From positions 1 to 41,723 of the IMG/VR virus record IMGVR_UViG_3300037307_000160: DNA of 41,723 nucleotides. One strand, written 5' to 3'. Source of the DNA: a virus. Its lineage: Duplodnaviria > Caudoviricetes. Shown here in pieces: positions 8,215 through 16,745 of this stretch. The position numbers and the translations under genes were made by a program. Under the pieces are notes generated by a model that was given only the letters and a program-made list of their open reading frames with translations, made no database searches and had not been told where the DNA came from. Numbering within the stretch: the first letter of the stretch is position 1; each line of letters opens with the position of its first letter.

Positions 8215-8430
8215 AATGCTTATCCCTAAGACCTTAGACCATGTTGGCGCTAATAGGAAGTAATCCTATTTGCTTTTATCAACGGTAAATCAGTTTTTTC
8301 TCTGACCGTTTAAGCTCACCATCTATTCCAACCTCACGCTTTAGCGTGGTAAGGAACGGGGGCATGGTGCGTAACCGTATCCGTTGCACTAATCAAGGTT
8401 ATCCCTTGAGCCTTGAGCCAGTCGGCTACA

Positions 8431-8796
8431 CTAAATCGCAACACCAGTTTCAAGCCTTTGCTGTTTGGCTAATACGCCTGTTGCGCTCCTAGTGTTAGAG
8501 CTAGGGTGGCGTTTGCTTCTCCAAGGTGGATATTTCCGTCCACGTGATATTTTCCGTTTGTATTTCTCAAACACCCTGTATTCACGCCCAAAAGAGTCTG
8601 TCTTAATAATCGTTTTGTATTGATAGAGTTCTTTATTTCCATAAACAATGTCAGGGTTGCGTTTTAGGTGCATAGCCTTGAGCCACAAAAAAACCACCGT
8701 GAGGTGGTCAAAGCTGGTAGAATACGTTTGGTATTTGTCATACCGCCACATTACCCCGAAAGGGGTTTTGTGGTCAATAGCCACTTTTAATATCAA
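8431..8796 (-). CDS. Basic hypothetical protein
   Basis: 121-aa ORF with TTG start; function not recognised. Confidence 0.45.
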   Translation of the reverse strand: MILKVAIDHKTPFGVMWRYDKYQTYSTSFDHLTVVFLWLKAMHLKRNPDIVYGNKELYQYKTIIKTDSFGREYRVFEKYKRKISRGRKYPPWRSKRHPSSNTRSATGVLAKQQRLETGVAI

Positions 8797-8877
8797 ACGG
8801 GGTCAAAAAAAAGTTGGACAGTTAGCCTCGGTGAGGGACCATCCAACGTACCTAATTTATGACCCAATCTGACCGAA

Positions 8878-9498
8878 TTGTCAAGGCGGAGAACCCGCCA
8901 ACACGGTCTAAATCGTCTTTTTCCAGGTATGGTGGTACAATGTAGCCCTATGTGGCGTTGCCAAATGTGTAATATCACCTTAGAAGACGCTTGCCGTCAG
9001 TTTTTTCCCTCACTCTATTCCATCACTACCATTTCCGATAACAATTACTTTCAAAGAAAGCGGGACAGCTATGTTTGGGAACGAACCCAAAAACACCCAA
9101 AGGTCACGTGCGGGTGGGACTGTGGGCAAAACTACAAAGCGTGGCGCAGAACGGGTGAACCTAAAGGGAGCTTTTACGCTGCTAAGTGCCAATGCGATTG
9201 CTGTGGCGAAGCTTCAACACGTGGCAGGATTATCAAGCAGAGACGGGGGAAGCGCTACTGCGATTTTCATTTGTGTATAGACTGTTGGAGAAAGAAAGAA
9301 ATCCGAGAAGGCAGGCGGTTGTGGGAAATCTTGAATAAACCCCACCGCAACCAGTACGCTAAAAGCTGGAGAACCAGCAATCCAGAGAAGTACAAAGCTT
9401 ACAAGGCTAAGTATAGGAAGAAAGTATCTGAGGGTAAACCGAGATTGGGAAATTGCCGTAAGCCTATTTGTGCGGTTGCTCCTCACCTTTTTCTGTGA
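8878..9498 (+). CDS. Cys-rich basic protein (start uncertain)
   Basis: CGWDC, CQCDCC and CDFHLCIDC motifs; only long ORF covering this interval. Confidence 0.45.
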   Translation: MSRRRTRQHGLNRLFPGMVVQCSPMWRCQMCNITLEDACRQFFPSLYSITTISDNNYFQRKRDSYVWERTQKHPKVTCGWDCGQNYKAWRRTGEPKGSFYAAKCQCDCCGEASTRGRIIKQRRGKRYCDFHLCIDCWRKKEIREGRRLWEILNKPHRNQYAKSWRTSNPEKYKAYKAKYRKKVSEGKPRLGNCRKPICAVAPHLFL

Positions 9499-9676
9499 GG
9501 TCAGCGTCAGTCGGTGGGTAAAGGCCAAGCAGGGTATAGAAAGCTTCTGGTGGTGCATTTTCAGCCTCTAAAGCGTCTTGGATTTCCTTGGGCAACGCCA
9601 TTCTTCGGCCTAGAGCGTCAGCTTTGACAGGCTTTCCCCCGTACAATTTCTGGAGCTTGGACAGTAATTCACCCAT
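9464..9676 (-). CDS. Hypothetical protein
   Basis: TAATG coupling to the holin. Confidence 0.55.
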   Translation of the reverse strand: MGELLSKLQKLYGGKPVKADALGRRMALPKEIQDALEAENAPPEAFYTLLGLYPPTDADLTEKGEEQPHK

Positions 9677-9894
9677 TAGAATTGAGTTAAGCCACGAGTG
9701 GCTATGGTGTTTTCAGTCGCTTTACCCCATTCATGCAACCACTTATCAATGAAACGCAGAACAAGCAATAACACAGCGTTCCAGGTCGGGTCTTGCACAC
9801 CTGGGATGATGTAAGTAATTAGCCAGGTGATTAAGGCTAATAAGAGTAACCGTAACGGTTCTTTGACCGCTTCAAACAAAACTTTCCAATCCAT
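9676..9894 (-). CDS. Putative holin
   Basis: 72 aa, two TM helices, immediately after the endolysin. Confidence 0.65.
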   Translation of the reverse strand: MDWKVLFEAVKEPLRLLLLALITWLITYIIPGVQDPTWNAVLLLVLRFIDKWLHEWGKATENTIATRGLTQF

Positions 9895-9895
9895 A

Positions 9896-10858
9896 TTATC
9901 CTTTACAGATGTCGGGTTTACCGAATAAACCCCACTTTAGTAATTGGCTTCGGCTGTATTTGCACATGGTATCGTCAGCGTTCTTGCAGTTATCCAGGTC
10001 AGTCAGGCAAGTATTTAACTTGCTTTTACTGTCGGCCAGCTCCCGCTCTAAAGATTTAGCCAGAGCCAGCGCCTCATCCTTTTGACGTTGACAGTCTCTA
10101 AGCTGTCCCTGAAGATTAGCATTATCGTTTTCCTGAGTTTGTAGCGCCAAAGTAAGTTGTGAGATTTCAGCAGCCTGGTCAGATACCTTTTGCTGACAAT
10201 CGGATAGCTTTTGGGTAAGCTCATTGATTTTGTCCGTAGGATTGTAGTCATAGGTAGCGATTGTTTCCCCTTTATACACCACATGGTATTTCTCGTCAGG
10301 CGGTGGAGTAGTGGGCGGTGGGTTATAGGGGATATTATTCTTTATCCTTTCGTACATACTATCGGGTGGACCTTTCCATACGCTCCCAGGACACGCTGTA
10401 GCGCCTAAATCCTGGTGTCCGACCATATCTTCCCATCCGTTGATATTAGGGATAGAGGCGGTGTTTATGAGCCATTTGACCAGCTTGTGAGCGCTGTCTA
10501 TCTGTGCGTCTGTGGGTAGCTCCTGGGTGAAGTCGCCACACAAGGCAATACCCAAGACTTGCTCATTCATGTTGGCTACATTCGCCCTAGCAGTAGATAA
10601 ATCACCCACATAATGCACAATCCCATTCCCAGGAATGACAAAATGGTAGCCAATTCCATCCCAACCCCTAGCCTTGTGTAGGGCAGCAATATCGTCAGCA
10701 GTAGCATTACGGCTAGTAACGGTATGATGAATAACAGCATATTTCACCTGTGTAATTGGTCTTTCCCAAGACCATGTGTAACTATTACCCCAAATCTCAT
10801 CACGGTAGTCGTTAAACTTATCGCCTAGTTCGGGGATGGTAATGGTCGTGTTACCCAT
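9896..10858 (-). CDS. Endolysin, N-acetylmuramoyl-L-alanine amidase (Amidase_2) with coiled-coil C-terminus
   Basis: VIHHT, GIGYHF, VGHQD, TACPG zinc-amidase motifs; likely start MGNTT at 10858. Confidence 0.9.
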   Translation of the reverse strand: MGNTTITIPELGDKFNDYRDEIWGNSYTWSWERPITQVKYAVIHHTVTSRNATADDIAALHKARGWDGIGYHFVIPGNGIVHYVGDLSTARANVANMNEQVLGIALCGDFTQELPTDAQIDSAHKLVKWLINTASIPNINGWEDMVGHQDLGATACPGSVWKGPPDSMYERIKNNIPYNPPPTTPPPDEKYHVVYKGETIATYDYNPTDKINELTQKLSDCQQKVSDQAAEISQLTLALQTQENDNANLQGQLRDCQRQKDEALALAKSLERELADSKSKLNTCLTDLDNCKNADDTMCKYSRSQLLKWGLFGKPDICKG

Positions 10859-10859
10859 A

Positions 10860-11030
10860 TTACTTCTCAATACTTTCTTGATAGACTGCTGATTTCTTCA
10901 TTTCTTTGGGGGAATAAGAGTTCTTGCCGTCAAAGTTCTTGTAGCTCTTGATTGCCACTACCTCTTTAAGCCGTGCCTTTTCCTCTGCGCTCAGTTTGTC
11001 CCAATTAGGTAAATCCGTGAACTTTGGCAT
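10860..11030 (-). CDS. 56-aa hypothetical protein (not in ORF track)
   Basis: MPKFTDLPNWDKLSAEEKARLKEVVAIKSYKNFDGKNSYSP...; fills the gap exactly. Confidence 0.6.
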   Translation of the reverse strand: MPKFTDLPNWDKLSAEEKARLKEVVAIKSYKNFDGKNSYSPKEMKKSAVYQESIEK

Positions 11031-11034
11031 AGGC

Positions 11035-11559
11035 TTATTCTATCACCTTGAACTTTTCGCTTTCTAAAATGTAGGTTTTCTTTCTCAAAATGTTAAGCTC
11101 AAATACGTCTGTAGCTCTGGTGTGGCAATAAGTAAACGGAGCGTTCTCTGGAATATAGTAGGCATTAGATACGGTGTAAGTTCCTTCCCCAGGCGGGACA
11201 TTTGATTGTCTAACGGGAAAGGTAAAGTAAGAGCCGTCATCACAGATAATTGAGGGGTAAATCGTACTGCCGTAATTAACATATTTTTTAATATGAAACT
11301 GGATTATGAGCGGTTCGCCCCGCTTGGCTTCCTTGTTTTCATTTAAGATTTTAATGGGTAACGACACTTCTTGGATTTTAGTGGGGAAAATCATTAGGGT
11401 GGTAATGTGAATAACCATAAAGAAAGCGATACCTATGCCGACCCATGCCATTAGATTAAGCAATTTAATCTTTTCTCTGTGCCTGATAGACACATAGATA
11501 TACACCACCAAAAAGGTAAAAATGGAAACGATAAATAAAGCCAACCAGTTTTGAGGCAT
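11035..11559 (-). CDS. Membrane protein, two TM helices plus soluble beta domain (lysis region)
   Basis: Hydrophobic N-terminal helices. Confidence 0.7.
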   Translation of the reverse strand: MPQNWLALFIVSIFTFLVVYIYVSIRHREKIKLLNLMAWVGIGIAFFMVIHITTLMIFPTKIQEVSLPIKILNENKEAKRGEPLIIQFHIKKYVNYGSTIYPSIICDDGSYFTFPVRQSNVPPGEGTYTVSNAYYIPENAPFTYCHTRATDVFELNILRKKTYILESEKFKVIE

Positions 11560-11561
11560 AT

Positions 11562-11783
11562 CTATTTTGGAGAGTTGACCACAATACTAATTACCGTACC
11601 TACGACTGAAGTAAGGATTAAAGCCACCAGGCCGTAGGTCAGCTTTTTAATGGGGTCAAACTCATCTTGGGTAACGTATTTGCTTTCCAGTTTAGTGTTT
11701 AGTTCGTCAACGGTTTCCTTGATATATTTAATATCAGTTTGCATTACTGCTATCTTAGTATCAAAGCCGTTGCCTTTCGTCAT
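11562..11783 (-). CDS. Coiled-coil plus C-terminal TM protein (holin/XhlA-like)
   Basis: IAVMQTDIKYIKETVDEL followed by a hydrophobic tail. Confidence 0.6.
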   Translation of the reverse strand: MTKGNGFDTKIAVMQTDIKYIKETVDELNTKLESKYVTQDEFDPIKKLTYGLVALILTSVVGTVISIVVNSPK

Positions 11784-11784
11784 A

Positions 11785-12111
11785 CTAAGTCATACCCCCG
11801 CCCTGGAGTTTAGTTAAAGCCTTGAGTCTGTCCATGAGCGCCCTAACAATCAGTTCGGTTTCGCTCTTAGGCGGGGAAGCGCCAATAGATTGACCGCCCT
11901 GACTTTCACCCGCCATTCTAGCCATAGACGCTAATGTATCTGGCATGGGTGAGGAAGTACCTACGGGTACGTTAGGGTTCTGAGGCGGTTGCTGACCTGG
12001 AGCAGACCCACTCTGCTGATTGATAATTGGGGTTGGTTGCCCACCACGCCTGCGCTCCAATGCCTTAGCGATTGGGTCGGCTTGGGCTATGATGGGAGAA
12101 AGTTGAGCCAT
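11785..12111 (-). CDS. Hypothetical Pro/Gln-rich protein
   Basis: AGGAG RBS. Confidence 0.65.
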   Translation of the reverse strand: MAQLSPIIAQADPIAKALERRRGGQPTPIINQQSGSAPGQQPPQNPNVPVGTSSPMPDTLASMARMAGESQGGQSIGASPPKSETELIVRALMDRLKALTKLQGGGMT

Positions 12112-12119
12112 AATTTCTC

Positions 12120-14867
12120 CTATTGTAATGCAGGCGGGACAGCGGGTAATTCCTGCTGCTGGTTCTGCTCTAATTGTAAATTAACTGTTTCTGGTATGCG
12201 GGTACGTCTGCCCATTGGTTGTAACCACTCTAAGCCTTTAGCTGTCATGGCCTTGGGAAGCTTAATCTTCATGCCTTGAGTCATCAAGGTTCTGCCCCAT
12301 TTAGTGCCTAACAGTACCCCCAAGCTCAAGTCGCTTGCTATAGCTGACATCAAGAACATAGGATTAAACTTGTAAAAGACATTTAGACCGCCTAGGGCAT
12401 ACATATATTTATTAACATTCTGTAAGAAAGCAGTACGAGAACCGATAGCGGGTATCTGTCCGTCCTTAAAGGCTTTTTCTAAGACAGCCAGCTTTTGTGC
12501 CTGCTCAGATAGCTGTGTTAAACGATTGGTTAGTTCTGGACCAAGCCCCTCTAAAAGCGTCTGGTGGCCGTAGCGTCTCATGTTCTTGGAAAGCTTGGCG
12601 TAGTCTACAGCTCCCTGTTTATTTAAGCTTTCAGCCATTATCTTTTGGAAGAACGCTTGGGAAGCGACCTTGAAGCCTTCATCTCCCACCAGTTCCTTAA
12701 AGAGCATAATGTCGGTAGCTGAGTTAGGCTTAAAGATGTTTTGCACAATTCTCTCTGGATTACTCTTGGCAACCGTCTTGCCAATAGAACTATTAACCTT
12801 TTTAATTGTCCTAGCGTAATAGGCGTTAGCCGTATTCAGCGCCCTGCCGAAATCAGGTGAGAGTTGAGTTAATGAAGTATCCAAGTCTTGCATGATAGAC
12901 GCTTCCAATCTTCCTAGCTGTCCCGTATCTCCCGTCATCACTCCCGCTCCCCGCTTGCTTTCACTTATCCGAGCGCCTATGTCCCGCTTATCAGCCAACA
13001 TATTCTTAACGGTGTATTTGTCTTCCTCTACCGCTTTCTTCATGGTTTTGAGTTTAGTCTGATAGAACTTTAGGTTAGTCCCACCGCCAGCCACCGCTCT
13101 CTTTTCATCCACAATACCTTGAAGGGTCTTTAGGGTTTCTTCTGGAGTAACCACCGCTTGTCTGGAAGCAGGGGGGATATTGTCATAAAGCTGGTTCTTG
13201 GTATCCTTAAACTGTTCCACATAAGCTTCGTAACCTTCCTTGATTACCTGTCCAGTTAAAGTATCAGGAGTGGCGGTGGTGTATTTATTTACTAAATCAT
13301 CACCTAATTCTGCCAGTCTTTTTTCCGAAGCCAGCACCCTAGCACTCACTCTTTGTCCAGAAAGTACCGTATTTTGTGCTACCGCTTCAGCATTTCTAAC
13401 AATACGGCTTTCAGTTAAAGCTGAGGCAGGCAACGGTACGTCTAACTCATCCGCTAATCTAGCTACCTCTGGCTTAAAGTTCTTGCTGACACCAGGGATA
13501 CCTAAAGTGATTTGAGCGGGGGTTTTATTCTGGACGTATCGTGCGCCTCGTATGCCTTGGTCTACAATGTCGGCCTTAACCACAGCGTTATCCACAATGG
13601 TCGCAGCCTTGGCTACGTCATCCAATTTTGTCCCTGCTAGTGATTTGAGTGAGGTTGCCCCTAGGTCAATTACCGATACAACGTCAAGCATTGTCCCAAA
13701 GGGGTCTTCTACAAAGGTACGGTAGAAGTCATCTGGGTTGCCATAGCGTCCTTTAAGATATTGAGCATAAGCGTCAAAGAACTTTTCTCCCCGCTGTTCC
13801 CCTGGGATAAGCTTCTCCACCCCGCCAGCTACCGTACCAATCATGGCTTCCGTAGTTCTGATGGGGTGAGTGATAGCGTCTGCAAAGCCTAAGAAGACGT
13901 TTTTGGCGCTTCCAGGCATATTGGCAATAGCCTCAGCAGGATGGGGCAGGTTCTCCTGCCGAAGCATATACTCAAACGTACTTTCTTCAGGTTTCTGAAG
14001 CTCACTTAGCGTAGGTTCTTTTTTTTTAGGTGTAGGCGTTGGTTGCCCAATGATTATGTCGGCCAATGATGGTTCTGGAGCTTCCGATAATAAGCTTTCT
14101 GTCTCTAAAGTTTCTGGAGTGGGGGGTAAACCGCCCTGAGCTTGAGCTTGGGGGAAAAGACTTGGGGTAGCCCCTAAGCCCTGCTTCTGTTGGTTAATAG
14201 ATTGAAGCAAACTATTAACTTCCATATCTCCAACCGTTGTGTCCGTTCCTGTTTCCCTAACAATATCTTCAGCATATTTTTTAACATTGGGGTCAATAAT
14301 TACCTGAATAGTGCTAATTAAATTATCTAACCTTTTTTTCATGGAGTTAGAGGGTAACAACATTGGATTAGAAATTGCGTCAGCCAATGACCTCATTTCC
14401 ATATCGCTTTGTGCTGTCCCCAAAAATGCCGATTTTATTCCTGTCTGAGCCAAAGATAACTGCGCTCTTAAACTTGCGCCCTCATCTGGTTGGTTAGCTA
14501 GTTCTTTTGCTTTAGATTTAATTGTTTCTTTTGGTCCTGTTTTTACGCCTTGTTCAAGTAATTTTCTTGCCTTGAGTGCAGCAGCATAACCGACCACAAA
14601 CTTACGTTCTTGTTCTCCAAGTTCGGGGACTTCCGCTTCTTGGTTAGCACCTAGATATTGGGCAGCCTGCAATCCGCCTACGCTACCAATTCCGCCAGCA
14701 GCCTCAATAATGGCCTCTGGTTTAAGACCGACTTTCTGGTAATAACCAGGGTCTTCAGCCACCGCTCTTTTGCGGATAACGCTATCAATTTCGTCAGACT
14801 TAAAACCTTGGGAAACAAGATAGGTTCTTAAACCGCTGGTGAACTTTGGGTCAGAGAATTGAGCCAT
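12120..14867 (-). CDS. Large putative DNA ejection / internal virion protein
   Basis: 915 aa, helical, positioned after the tail genes as in podoviruses. Confidence 0.6.
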   Translation of the reverse strand: MAQFSDPKFTSGLRTYLVSQGFKSDEIDSVIRKRAVAEDPGYYQKVGLKPEAIIEAAGGIGSVGGLQAAQYLGANQEAEVPELGEQERKFVVGYAAALKARKLLEQGVKTGPKETIKSKAKELANQPDEGASLRAQLSLAQTGIKSAFLGTAQSDMEMRSLADAISNPMLLPSNSMKKRLDNLISTIQVIIDPNVKKYAEDIVRETGTDTTVGDMEVNSLLQSINQQKQGLGATPSLFPQAQAQGGLPPTPETLETESLLSEAPEPSLADIIIGQPTPTPKKKEPTLSELQKPEESTFEYMLRQENLPHPAEAIANMPGSAKNVFLGFADAITHPIRTTEAMIGTVAGGVEKLIPGEQRGEKFFDAYAQYLKGRYGNPDDFYRTFVEDPFGTMLDVVSVIDLGATSLKSLAGTKLDDVAKAATIVDNAVVKADIVDQGIRGARYVQNKTPAQITLGIPGVSKNFKPEVARLADELDVPLPASALTESRIVRNAEAVAQNTVLSGQRVSARVLASEKRLAELGDDLVNKYTTATPDTLTGQVIKEGYEAYVEQFKDTKNQLYDNIPPASRQAVVTPEETLKTLQGIVDEKRAVAGGGTNLKFYQTKLKTMKKAVEEDKYTVKNMLADKRDIGARISESKRGAGVMTGDTGQLGRLEASIMQDLDTSLTQLSPDFGRALNTANAYYARTIKKVNSSIGKTVAKSNPERIVQNIFKPNSATDIMLFKELVGDEGFKVASQAFFQKIMAESLNKQGAVDYAKLSKNMRRYGHQTLLEGLGPELTNRLTQLSEQAQKLAVLEKAFKDGQIPAIGSRTAFLQNVNKYMYALGGLNVFYKFNPMFLMSAIASDLSLGVLLGTKWGRTLMTQGMKIKLPKAMTAKGLEWLQPMGRRTRIPETVNLQLEQNQQQELPAVPPALQ

Positions 14868-14868
14868 A

Positions 14869-15999
14869 TTATTGTCCCATAGACGCTGGTGGCGTTGTTT
14901 GACTAACAGGGGTGTAATCTAACCAAGGATAAGCGGTGTATTTTTGTTGTTGGCTTTCAATGGTTTTAAGATTTTCTTCCTCTTTGGAAGCAGCCTGTTG
15001 TTGGGCAACATAAGCGTCTATGGCAGCGTCTATGTCAACGGGGGATGAGGCCGTCCCGCTACGGGATGAGCCTAAGTCAGCAATTAAGTTACCGCTACTG
15101 TCAATCAATTTAACTCGGCCATCTGCGGTAATGACTTCTCTAGTGTTCTCCAGCTTCATTTTCTCCAGCTCATATTCTTCCTCTTTTTGGGCTAAGTCTC
15201 TGGCGAGCTGGAGTTGCTGTTCAGTCAAAGTGCCTCTGGTATCCAATTCCTTTAAGAGAATATCTAGTTGAGCCTTATTCTCTGCCGTGAAGCCTGCCGA
15301 CTCCCTGGCAATCCGCTCTTTAAGAACGGTGAACTCTTGCTCAAATGGCTGTAAGCCCCTTTCCTGTTGCGCTACTTCATACTGTAAACCAGTAGTAACG
15401 CCTTCCTGTGCCGTTTGTAGCTGTCTAGTGGCTTGCTGTTGAGCGGGAGTAATGTTGGAAGCCATAGCCTGCATACGCATTTCTTGACGGGGAGCGGAGA
15501 TGCCCACTATTCCCGCCAGGTTCTTAACCGCCTGGGGAATGTTCTCTAAAGTAGACGTTAAAAAGTTGGCAGCCTGTTGCAGGCCAGCTACGTTGTACTC
15601 CTGTCCAAGTCTTTCTCTAATGGCCGTAATTGGTTCAAGCGCCTGGATAGCTGAAGTAAAGCGACTTAAAAGCCCCTGTTCCTCACCTTTAGCTTGTTGG
15701 TAATACTGTAACTCTTTTTGTCTGGCAGCTTCCCTTTCCTGTCTAGCTCTTTCTTCCGCAGCCCTCTGTTCTTCCAAAGCCTTATTCATTATGTCCATGT
15801 AATTCTGACCACTACTGCTAGTGCTTCCACCACCACCGCCACCACTACTGGTAGTGGCAGGGGGTGAGCCTGACCACCATCTATCCACTCTGCCTGTGTC
15901 GGGATTGTAATACCATCCGCCCGATTGCCGTTGGCCTTCGGAGACAAATTGTGGGTTTTTCCATGTTACTGTATCGCCAGCTTCACCCCAATATCCCAT
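14869..15999 (-). CDS. Putative ejection / internal virion protein
   Basis: Gln/Glu/Ala-rich coiled coil with Gly-Ser linker; AGGAG RBS. Confidence 0.6.
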   Translation of the reverse strand: MGYWGEAGDTVTWKNPQFVSEGQRQSGGWYYNPDTGRVDRWWSGSPPATTSSGGGGGGSTSSSGQNYMDIMNKALEEQRAAEERARQEREAARQKELQYYQQAKGEEQGLLSRFTSAIQALEPITAIRERLGQEYNVAGLQQAANFLTSTLENIPQAVKNLAGIVGISAPRQEMRMQAMASNITPAQQQATRQLQTAQEGVTTGLQYEVAQQERGLQPFEQEFTVLKERIARESAGFTAENKAQLDILLKELDTRGTLTEQQLQLARDLAQKEEEYELEKMKLENTREVITADGRVKLIDSSGNLIADLGSSRSGTASSPVDIDAAIDAYVAQQQAASKEEENLKTIESQQQKYTAYPWLDYTPVSQTTPPASMGQ

Positions 16000-16011
16000 A
16001 CTTTCTCCTAT

Positions 16012-16060
16012 AAAATAACCGCCCGAAAGCGGTTAATTACCTATGTACTTGATTTTAACA
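16012..16060 (-). promoter_or_regulatory. Conserved leader element, copy 1
   Basis: TGTTAAAAT-N9-AGGTAATTAACCGC-TTTCGG-GCGGTTA-TTTT. Confidence 0.7.
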
Positions 16061-16235
16061 CATTGACGACCTTGGGTTCATTATCAGCCGTCAACCCGTA
16101 TAAATCACGGTTTTCTTGAGTGTCATTTAAGATTTTGGTTGGTGTCATATCAAAGCCAATATTCGTCATCATAGTATCGTCTACCAATATACCCACTTCG
16201 CCATCTGGTAAATCATAAATATAAATCTTTCTCAT
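16041..16235 (-). CDS. Hypothetical protein
   Basis: ATGA coupling with the upstream gene. Confidence 0.6.
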   Translation of the reverse strand: MRKIYIYDLPDGEVGILVDDTMMTNIGFDMTPTKILNDTQENRDLYGLTADNEPKVVNVLKSST

Positions 16236-16744
16236 GTTACCCTCACTCCTACAGCCCTACCTGTAGTTACAAAGTATTTACTTCTGACAATAACCGTCAA
16301 TGGCAAGCTCCCACCAGACACGTTAGTAAACCATGTTTTTATGACTAAACGGTTGTCTGCTGAACCGAACTCTGGTAAATCATCCAATGGATAATTGATG
16401 TATGGTAATACGAACGGACCAACAACTTTCCATGAAGTTGCCGACACGCCAGAACCAGATGGAATTATATTTGTTAGGGTAGTAGCTCCCTGCCACGCCA
16501 TAATATGATAACTAGATAGATTGACGTTAGCTCCCGCTGCTTCTCTTATGGTAGTTGTAACTGAAGCTGTAGCATTGTTTGGTACAGTAGCCGAACCCTG
16601 TTCTTGAGTTGATATGCGGATATTTTCTTGGGCAAAGTGAGATGATTTAACGGCTGTAGGCAGGATTTCACTCTGGGTACTGCGCCTGCGTCTGTCATAC
16701 TGGTTTTTGAGTTCATTGGCAATAGAGTCAAAACCGCTAGCCAT
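16232..16744 (-). CDS. Putative tail/virion protein
   Basis: Beta-rich, Thr/Ser-rich; follows the nozzle gene. Confidence 0.55.
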   Translation of the reverse strand: MASGFDSIANELKNQYDRRRRSTQSEILPTAVKSSHFAQENIRISTQEQGSATVPNNATASVTTTIREAAGANVNLSSYHIMAWQGATTLTNIIPSGSGVSATSWKVVGPFVLPYINYPLDDLPEFGSADNRLVIKTWFTNVSGGSLPLTVIVRSKYFVTTGRAVGVRVT

Positions 16745-16745
16745 A

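Noticed and set aside
8215-8430. tRNA or known ncRNA
   Set aside because: Short stems are present, but no cloverleaf or T-loop consensus could be built
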